Shown here one piece after another: positions 54,678 to 64,000 of a DNA stretch of 64,000 nt. The DNA is taken from positions 196,478,001 to 196,542,000 of the forward strand of contig OZ024741.1 in NCBI GenBank assembly GCA_964016885.1, read 5' to 3'. The stretch's first letter is position 1, and each line of letters begins with the position of its first letter. The position numbers and the translations under genes are program-made. Source of the stretch: Eledone cirrhosa (Eukaryota). The notes below the pieces were generated by a model. That model did no database searches. It saw only the letters and a list, made by a program, of their open reading frames with translations, and had not been told where the DNA came from.

Positions 54678-55590
54678 CTAGACAGTAGAGAAGTAGATAT
54701 ATGCTGTGTACAAGAAGTGAGACTAATCACAGGCAAGTAACTTAGATATAAACTCTACTGGGTAGGAAATTACAATGGGGTAGGAGGTGTAGGCATCTTA
54801 CTAGCTGAGAACTGGATAGATAAGGTGATAGAGTTAGAGTATGTGACAGAATCAAGCATATATTAACTGTAGGAAATATACTGGTGACAATCACATCTAC
54901 CTATGCTCCGGAGGAAAGACGGGGTAAAGGATAAAAGGACAGGTTCTATGAGGAACTTTTACAGACAACTTCGACTACTAATGAAAGAGACATCATCCTG
55001 GCAGGTGACTTTATTGGACACGTGGGACAGTAACAGGATGGATTCAATGGAGTTCATGGCAGCTATGGTTATGGCTCAAGGAATGACAAGGGACTGGGAC
55101 TCCTGGAATTCTGTGATGCAAATGAACTAACCATTTGCAACACAAATTTCAGGAAACCAATTAACCACCTGATTTCATATCAATCAGGTGAACACAGAAG
55201 CCAAATTGATTACTCACTTGTTAGACAAGACAAATGGTAAGGTCTTCCCTCGGGAAGAATGCACTGCTCAGCACAAGTTAGTTATTAGTGACATCAAAAT
55301 AAACAAAAGACAAAACAAGATATGCAAGAAAATATGGAGACAGAGGGTGTGGAAGCTAAAGGACCTCTCAGTTAAATATAAGTTTAGAAAAGCCCTATGG
55401 GATGCACAATGTAAATCCTGGATACATGAAAGATGTAGTGGGATAACGAGTAAACTGGAAGGAAGAACTTTGCATGTAGAATATGCACAGAGAAGAAGGA
55501 TCGTGAGAAGTGGAAAGATGCCGTGCTGAGAAGGACCTGTCCAACCCATGCAAGCATGGCAAAGCAGATGTAAAAACGATGATGATGATT
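54678..55590 (+). mobile_element. Deleted, degenerate RTE LINE (APE remnant + 3' end)
   Basis: DICCVQEVR, YGYGSRN..G..LLEFC and NTNFRKP, with a (GAT)n tail. Confidence 0.75.
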
Positions 55591-56872
55591 ACTTGTCCCT
55601 CAAATTTGAATGCTCTGCCAAGTTTGGATATGAAATTTTTTTTTTTTACAAAATTCACCACACTATATATCATTTGAAAATATTTAAAATATTTTTAATG
55701 GAAAAAAAAACAACAAAAAAAAAACACCAGAATAACTTATACAAGAAATTCTATAAAATATTTTTAATGTCTTCCAAATAATCAGGCATTTAAAATAAAA
55801 GATATAAATTGCTGGAGATATTTTTATAAAAAAGCCTTCTTTTGCTAAATGAATTATACATCGAGCATGTCACAGTTTAGAATGCTTTGTGGATAATGGT
55901 GGTCTTAAATATAGTACTCATATACATTAAATGTATTACCAGCTTTCAGTAAACTTAGTTGAAAATATATTAGGATAGATTAAAAATAAAAAGCATGTAG
56001 TTGAAGCTATCCTAATCAAAACAAAATGCCAGCCGTCCGAAGATCAGCTTCTAACATAAATTTGAATAATTTCTTTTTACATAGGTTAGCTTTGATATAA
56101 AAAAATATGAAAAAAGGTTTTCAATTAAACAAGCGTCATTATACCCAGCATATAGTATGCAGTTGGTATGCATTTATTAAACTGATATGGTCCATATAGT
56201 CATTATTCTACCATAGTCTTTATAATAGTGATTGAATAGTATACAATAATCCTTATACAATATGAGTAGTATTGTACAGTCTTGACACAATACTCACAGC
56301 ATACAATATGTATATAGACCTCTTTTATAGCATACAGCCAATATACTCAAATCACTCATCTAGTATGTCAGTATCATGATACCCTGTTTACAGTAAGTAT
56401 GTTTTATGTATACACTATACAACATGTATGGTATACAATCTATATAATGAGATGTTAAATTCAAAATAATCTGATCTCCATGCATTGTATTTTGTTAACA
56501 AGGGGTGAATTTATACAATATAAGACATAACCCTCTCAAATATTATTGGGTAACAACTTTCCAGAAGTTTAGAGATAAATAGGGTTTTGCTGTGAAAATT
56601 AAAGGAGAGGACTTTTATTTTTCAATAGAATAATTAAGCCAGAAATTCTCAATTAAGAATTAAATATTACAGTATTAACTTTATCAGATAAAAATAGACT
56701 TTCTGATTAAGTTAGTTAAGAATAAAGCTCCCAAAAATCTAATCTCATAAGAGATAGATTAAAATCAGCAGAGCCTAAAAGGATACTCACAAATTAACTG
56801 GCAGTGGAAGACTAGACTGACCAACAACTTTAGTTGAGGTTATAGTTTATAATCGTGTGTATAGATTTGATT

Positions 56873-56878
56873 TTTATT
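56873..56878 (-). terminator. Candidate ACTR2 polyadenylation signal
   Basis: AATAAA on minus about 130 nt after the stop. More distal signals exist in the AT-rich 55600-56800 region. Confidence 0.35.
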
Positions 56879-57005
56879 AAAGGTACACAAATACCATGCA
56901 TTATGAAATGTTTCAAGAGAGTTGAATATTAAATCAGTGTATACAGTGTGTATATGTGTAATTTTCTCAGGAGAGGTGCATTGTGTACTGAGAAACAATT
57001 ATAAA

Positions 57006-57176
57006 CTATTTGGAATTGATACCAAGTTTTTCAAGAACTCTTAGGCCTTTTTCCATATATTCATCTTTAGTCATCCAAAAAGAATCTTTATCTTTCATAA
57101 TGTCTGCTAAGACAGCGCCACCTAAAAATACCATATGCTTTCTGCGAGGTGGATCTTCAATTCGAATTTTAAATTT
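57006..57176 (-). CDS. ACTR2: Actin-related protein 2, last coding exon
   Basis: Encodes [34 protein letters not shown]...[15 protein letters not shown] acceptor at 57177-79. Confidence 0.96.
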   Translation of the reverse strand, partial: KFKIRIEDPPRRKHMVFLGGAVLADIMKDKDSFWMTKDEYMEKGLRVLEKLGINSK

Positions 57177-58457
57177 CTGAAAATTAAATTATATTACAAT
57201 ATACTTTCAATTAAAGTTCAAATAAAAACATTAAATAAAAACATATTTGTAAAATTGATATTGAATCCTATTGAAGATACTTGGAGATCGAAAGGAAAGT
57301 TTAGAAGCAATCATATATATAAGATCCCATTTTCTATTTTAATAAAAGTTTTTTTCTTGTTATAGATCATTTTTGCATCAAATTGTAGGAACAAATGCTA
57401 TAAAGCTAGATATATTTTCTCATGGTTTCTTGTGAATATGCATAAGGTCAATTTGGTTTTAGGGAAAAGATGTAATCAATAAATTGACCACAATATTTAG
57501 TATCTGTTAACTACAAATGAGATGAAAGATCAAGTCAACTCCAATAGGATTTTAATAGAAACAAGAATAACATATTTAGTTATGTCCTCTTTTATTCCAT
57601 TTTAGCCTTCCCAACCACCTTTAACCCTTTCATTTCCACATTTTTAATGAAAGACTCAATCTAAGATTTTCAAAAATTTGTTAAGATGGTTGTTTGGACC
57701 ATAACTTAAAATTATAGATTTTTTTAAAAACAGTTTTATATCATAGAACCAGAGTCTGTTTCAGACAGTTTGGATCAAAAGAGTTAAGTGTTAATGTAAA
57801 GTAAAGTAAATGAGATATTAAGGTATGAACTTATATACAACTACTCTTACTATCATTTCACTTTTTTATCCTAAACTTAACTTTGGAAAGATTAGAAAAT
57901 GCATTTAGTTGCAGCTTTTGGAGTATCGTAGAAGGCTAAGATATCTGTGTATGAGATTAGACCAATATGAATGTCTCATAGTTCAGTTACAAGGATGAGT
58001 TATACATTCCAAGCTAACATAGGTAGGATAACCCCCTGAGCCAAGATATTCTCATCTTGCTGGAGTAACTGTTTTACTGCCAGATATTTTTTCTACCACA
58101 CACCACTCAATCATAGAAAGAGAGTAAAATCTATTATCTGCTGAGACTGAAGCAAGCCTTGTGTAGCACAACACAATGGCTAAAGGGAACACATTGTCAG
58201 TAATATAAAACCATAACTCTACAACCATTCTGCTTCTTTTGACCAAACAAATCAAGTTCAAAATAAAATTAAGAAGACAGTAACTTTGAATAAGAACTGA
58301 CAAAGAATATAATGACCATCCAATGCATGCCAGTATGGAAAGAGGACATACATTTATTATTATTATTATTATTATTAGTGTGTAGTAAAGCCATAATTTT
58401 AGTTATTGTAGGTTTGCCTTATAATTAATTCAAACAAAATTATCAAAAATAACTTAC

Positions 58458-58736
58458 TGAAAGTTTTGATGAATTTCCTTTAAGTACTCTTTCAAGATAG
58501 AGCTGTTTGAGTTCTCTTTCTAGACGACTGGGAAGGCCAGGGTACATAGTTGAGCCACCAGACAGTACGATGTGTTTATAGAATTCAGTGCGAGTATCAA
58601 TGTCTGCTGCTTGTATAGTATTGAAGAGTAATTCAGCAACACCAACACCTTCAATGTTAATTAGATGGGGCTGGAATAATGCTTCAGGAGCCTCAAACCT
58701 TTCACCACCAACTTTTATAACTCGACCATCAGGAAG
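58458..58736 (-). CDS. ACTR2: Actin-related protein 2, internal exon
   Basis: Encodes [26 protein letters not shown]...[39 protein letters not shown] boundaries, 279 nt. Confidence 0.97.
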
Positions 58737-59431
58737 CTATAAAATTAAAGTCAGATTATAAGATATTAAATTTTTTATTCTTGTTTATATCTCACTGTAT
58801 AAGTTTAAAAAAGGGGGAAACATTTTCTTTTTAAATAAAAAGAAAAAAAGATAACTATATTATTCAAAGATTTTATATAATTTTTTCTCAATCAGGTTTA
58901 GCAACCTAACAAGTTGATGTTGGTAAATAACAACTGAAAAAGCTATTTTTGTAATTGTTCAGTCACCCCAAAAATTACCTAGATTTAAAAAATATATATT
59001 TTGAAAGAGAATTTGGATATAAACTTCCATCCAGTATTAATCAGACTATTACAATATCTGATATTAAAATAAGTTTTAATTTTTTTTTTTTAATGACAAT
59101 CCATGCAGACAAGTACTTGGTACTATTTCAGTTAGAAATCAAAATGAACTGATCAATAAAAATATGAAGCAACTGACAATATTTTAAAATTTATTTTCTA
59201 CATTTGATTTATTACAGATATATATAACCAAAAGAAACCAATACAAAATCTTAATATCCTGTACCACGTAAAACCACATTAAAAATTAGTCATTCCTTTA
59301 GTTTACTGCAAATTCTCAAAGATTTGTCCACTAGTAATGACGCTATAAAAACTTGAATTAACAGACCTGCTTATAAATATTTACTGTTAAATCATTACAG
59401 GATGTTATAAGTTAATTTAACATCATGTTTC

Positions 59432-59725
59432 TTCTTCACTTATTTATTTGTGGGAGGGTTGTGGGGGCGGTCCTCAAACATGCCTTCTAGCAGGTCCTGT
59501 AGGAAGCAACCATCTCCAATTGACCTGGCTAAATCCCCAAGTGAGACCAGCCAAGCTCATGGATGATATCGAATCATCTTGCCCAGGGACTAGCCTTGTC
59601 TTCTGTTGGTTGGTTTTGTCCAGTGATTCTTTCTTGAGACATTCTAACTACATGTCCGTAGTATTGGAGCTGTGATCTCTCAATTTGGAAAAGTAGCAGC
59701 TCTAGCTGGAGAGACTCTCTGATCG
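59432..59725 (-). mobile_element. Short LINE (RTE-like) 3' fragment flanked by a ~130-bp direct duplication
   Basis: 59296-59431 closely matches 59726-59852. The insert ends in an AAATAAATAAGTGAAGAAG-type tail on minus. Confidence 0.55.
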
Positions 59726-60061
59726 CTTTAGTTTACTGCAAATTCTCGAAGATTTGTCCACTAATAATGACACTATAAAAACTTGAATTAACAGACCTTT
59801 TATATATTTTCTGCTAAACCAGGATGTTATGAGTTAATCTAACAGCATGTTTTACATTCATATTTACAAGGAAACATGTGCTAGATGGATTTACAATACA
59901 GCAACCAACCACATACTTTATGAATAACCTATGCTGACTCTATTGATATATTTAGTGATACCTCAAAGCTGAATGTATACACATTTTCAAGATATATTTT
60001 AAAAGCCCAAATTTAAAAAAAAAAACCATTTTTTTTTTAAAAACAAAATAATAATACTCAC

Positions 60062-60211
60062 TGTATATGACTCTACCAGGACAGTTGTTTCCAGAGCAAG
60101 TTGTTGCTCTTGGACCACATCATATGCTACATAACAAAGTTTTTCTTTCATCATACGTACAGTTTCAAAATCAGCTGAGTGGTTGAAAGCATATCCTCTT
60201 AAAAGCAACAG
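60062..60211 (-). CDS. ACTR2: Actin-related protein 2, internal exon
   Basis: Encodes [31 protein letters not shown]...[22 protein letters not shown] boundaries, 150 nt. Confidence 0.97.
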
Positions 60212-60780
60212 CTGCAAGTCAAGAAAGAAAATTGCTGTGAATATCAAATGAAAGTAATTGAGAAATATTTTTAGAACCCACTGTCTTAAATCTCAGCCAT
60301 CAGAACAAAGTTGTTCTTGGAAAAGATTTAGTTTTATAAGGTAATTCTTCACAATAAAGTCATACATCTATTCATAAGTTGGATAAACTATAATTAGTAG
60401 AATTAAGTGTCTTAACCAGACACAGAAAAATATCTGCAACACTAATAAGTTAATATTTTATTCTAGTTTTACATCAATTTTGCTATGGAGAAAGGAATAT
60501 GAAATGTTAAACAATTGCATATTGTTGGACCATTGATCTTATAATTATACACCATTTCCCTAATTAAATCATCTGTTAATATATATGAGTAGAACATGCA
60601 AACAAACACAATATATGGTGGGGAGCAAAAGCCATCAGCTTAATATCACTGCCAATAAAGATGGGATTATATGAAATTATTTTATTAAGATGTAGAAAAA
60701 AAAAATTAATAATCTTAACTCAAGAACAAGTATTTGAAATAATTTAGTCTTTGGTTAGGAAAATGTTAATGTGAATGTAC

Positions 60781-60917
60781 CTTGATAAGATATTTAGTAA
60801 TATCTCTACCAGCAATATCAAGACGTCGTGTTAAGTGAGGTAAGGAGAATCCTTCATAAACTGGACAAATATGAGTTACACCATCACCAGAGTCCACAAC
60901 TACTCCAGTCTGTAAAC
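60781..60917 (-). CDS. ACTR2: Actin-related protein 2, internal exon (upstream exons not found in the window)
   Basis: Encodes [51 protein letters not shown] boundaries. Confidence 0.97.
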
Positions 60918-61364
60918 CTATGATTAAAAACAAATTTTATTATAAACAGCCAATTTTGATTAATTTCATTAAACTATTACAGAAATTAAATCAAATGTTA
61001 ACCTCAGATCATTCCTAGAATCAAATCTTTATAGTAAGTAAAGTTTTAATTTCCCTAACTTGACCTAAAAATCAAAATTAGATCAATATATAAATATTTT
61101 TTAAAATTACAATTTGTTAGATTTGCTTTTTAAGAGATTTACTAATGTACTAGTTATAACTAGGAGAGATTTGATAAAATCTATGTTTCAAATATTTAAT
61201 AACAAGCAAATAAAATAAGGAAACAAAAATATGTAGAAACATAACATTTATTCTTTTTATACCAAACCCACCCCTGGTTCCATGAATCAGAACCAGCTAT
61301 TTTTTTAATGAGTTCCTAGTTAAATTAATATCTTCCAACATGATTTTATGTAAGAACATTTGAT

Positions 61365-63790
61365 AAAATTTATTTATAAATATTAACAGCACAAGCAATA
61401 ATATATACATAACGACAATGACAGCAATAAAAAAAAAAAAAAAGGAAACAAAAGAAAAGAGAAAAAGAAAAAAGAACAGGAAGAGGAGGGAATGGCAAGA
61501 ACTCTGGTGTCACAGAAGAGAGGGGAGGGGTGAAGGGGGAGTGTGATTGGGCACTGGGCTGTGCCCGCGGACAATGGCCAGTGACACCCGTTGCAACAGC
61601 CACCCAACCTCGCGGGGCTCCCTCCTCAGACAGGCCTCCGAATTCGGCTGTACAGGGTCCAAGTACACCTGAGGTATCCAAGTACACCTGAGGTGTCCAA
61701 GTACACCTGAGGTATCCAAGTACACCTGAGGTGTCCAAGTACACCTGAGGTGTCCAAGTACACCTGAGGTATCCAAGTACACCTGAGGTGCAAAGAGGAA
61801 ACGGCCGGACAAACCCCAGTATTTGTTTATTTTACGTTCTTCTAGTCAGCTGCGTCTAGCTCCTTCTCAGTATGTTGTTGAGAGCGGCATGTCGGAAGAA
61901 CTGGCCTGCACTCTGGCAGAAAGACAGAGAGTGCAGGCCGAACTTGTCAACAACTGCCCTGCAGCGGCATTTATGTGGCTCACACACACGGAGACCAAGG
62001 TGTTGGGCTACTCATCATCAAGAAGGGTACCAGTTGATGAGGAGTGCACCAAATCAAGCCATCCACCGCTGTTGGACTGAGAAGCAGAGTGGAGGCAGGC
62101 CAGGTGGTGTTGGTCCAAGCCAGACTCAATCCGCCTGATAGGAGACCTGCAATTGATGTCGTCCCAGTTACTGGAGATAGAGAGGCCTTTGCCTGTCCCA
62201 TCTCGGAGACCAGGTCAGGTTCGGCCGTCTGGCTGAGAACCTGACTGACGAGAGCACAACTGGAGGAGATAGAGGAGAGGTAGGCTGGAAAAGCTAGATC
62301 CAAAGCTGCTCGGAAGCCGAAGCCACCGAACCTTGCTGGGAGTTTCGCTTGTTGCCAGCCTGCGCTGTCGAAACTGGCATTGAAGATGAGTTCCACACAG
62401 CGTCAAATGGTGCCTTGAAGTTCTCCAAGAACATCTGCGTGAGGGTGGCAAGTGCACCACGCAGCGTGAATGTGAATTTGGGGAGGGTGAAGCAATTCCT
62501 CAAGAGGTTAAGTGACAATGAGGTGCAGCCCCTCTGCTAATCAGAACAAATCTGCATGCTTGGTCTCCAGGCATTCTCTTGCAAGACGTTACTCACTGAG
62601 ATGGGGCGGACGGCTCTGTCATTCTTCATCATGGCGGTCAAGCTGGTTGAGAAGAAAAGATCATGGGCATGGCTGGGAAAGTTGGCGCGGAGGAGACAGT
62701 TGGTGAGGGCTGTTGGTGACTGGAGCAGTTGGGCCCCTGCTTCCGCCATGTCAGATGAGATGAGGTCTCGGAAGTGACTGGGGTGCAAGCCATCTACTCT
62801 GCCACTGCTGCTACCAGAAAAAGATCTTAGGGCAGCACCACGTCCTCGTTGGACGCTGCTGGGGAGAGATTGCTGGCAGGGGATGGAGCATCCCTGATGT
62901 TGGTCAGAGCACATCGTCGCTTGAGGCCAGCACGCGAACAGCTGCCAAAACGTCACCCTCAATTAGTTAGAGTTTGACTCTGTCCCGGGATGTTTCATGC
63001 TGTCATAGGTGAATTGCGGGCGATGTGTTGGCACTGATGGGCAGCATGAGAGTGCCATGAGGCTCGCTGGAGAAGGGTCGCAAAAGGGGGCGAATTTGTC
63101 CTTGAGCCTGGAAGCCACGGAGGGGCCAGATTTGTCTCTCGCTGTCAGGTTCCCCACCAACGGGATCCCCAGTATGAGAGTAGCAAAACTGAACAGTCTT
63201 ATCCAGTCCTGTGGATCATCTGAGTCAAGCGCTCAGTCGGGAGTGCAGACAGACCTGGGGATCCTGGTGATGACTCTCTGTGATTGCCTGAGGCGGGAGA
63301 TCGCCACCAGACACTTGTCCAAGTCGAGTGGGTTCAGGTCTTCCGGAGTCGGGCGCTCCTGACCACCTGTGGTGTCAGGGTGGATAGGCATGATGGGCAG
63401 TGCCACAGGTGCAAGGAATCCAATGTGCGTCTTGTGAGTTTGACACAAGAGAGGTGGAAGAAGCTGTTGGAGCAGTTCCTTCCTCTCTTACGCCTGTTGC
63501 GCTTGGCGCACGAGTGGCACTGGTTAACCTCCTGTGGGGTGAAAGGTTGAGGAGAGGCAGGCATTGAGTTCAGGGGTGTGAGAGGTTAAACTTTCCATCA
63601 AATGGGTAAGCAGTAGAGATGCCTGGACTGCACAGAATAGGAGGTTGGGAGTGAGCTAGACGGAGGATTGTAAACTGTGTTTGGGGTAAATGTATGCATG
63701 ATGTTGATTTTGGGATGAATGTTGTGGGTGTCCAGGCACCCTAAGCAGCAAGTGCGATAACAGTGCAATAAAAAAAAAAAATTTGTAGAA
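61365..63790 (-). mobile_element. Degenerate CRE-clade non-LTR retrotransposon (PHD finger, RT remnant, Zn knuckle, REL endonuclease) in the ACTR2 intron
   Basis: CHSC...FHLSC...WHCPSC; SSGRVDGL..SHFRDL; KNDRAVRPISV; QAKLPARFGGFG; CRC.AVVDKFGLH..FC..AG...RHAALN; ERKINKY..L...F.FAP..DTSGVLG; WLLQRVSLAIVRGH. AATAAA at 61369-74. Confidence 0.8.
61658..61790. repeat. 19-bp minisatellite, 7 copies, TCCAAGTACACCTGAGGT(A/G)
   Basis: AAGTACACCT recurs at 61661, 61680, 61699, 61718, 61737, 61756 and 61775. Confidence 0.95.
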
Positions 63791-64000
63791 CAGTGAGTGA
63801 GTCACAAAGACGAAGGAGAGAGGATGTCGAAAATTGAAAAAGGAGACCTGGGATGCACCGAGACGAAGAAGTGCCGAGATGGATGCCATGTGTGTGCATA
63901 GACGATGTTCTTCTTTAAAAGTTTCGACAAAGTTTTGTCAGAATTAAATTTAAAGTTGTTCACAGCTTGGGTAATATTTCCTTTCTGTATGCTAAGTTGC

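Noticed and set aside
61658-61790. CRISPR-like look of the 19-bp repeat (and of the 316-bp array)
   Set aside because: Units are contiguous with no unique spacers, there are no cas genes, and the DNA is eukaryotic.

Overview
AT-rich, intron- and repeat-rich animal genomic DNA. The SINE/RTE repertoire and (TA)n density suggest a cephalopod such as Octopus (inference). Two convergent spliced genes bracket the window: the last six coding exons of GNPAT (+, 2458-15924, ending in the peroxisomal PTS1 signal AKL) and the last four coding exons of Arp2/ACTR2 (-, 57006-60917). The rest is mostly transposon-derived: RTE, CR1-like and CRE LINEs, tRNA-derived SINEs, a near-intact DD37D (maT) mariner, a Helitron remnant, and a cluster of Penelope-like elements (PLEs) inserted into (TA)n tracts at about 26-52 kb. 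The most striking unannotated content is about 13 structurally plausible type I hammerhead ribozymes, found and paired by eye. These include a non-coding 316-bp tandem/inverted array (35958-37566) in which every unit carries a non-canonical U3-A8 core (UUGAUAA), consistent with a retrozyme-like circular-RNA element, and a 753-bp foldback with two hammerheads with long stem III. No folding software or database search was run, and repeat boundaries are approximate.
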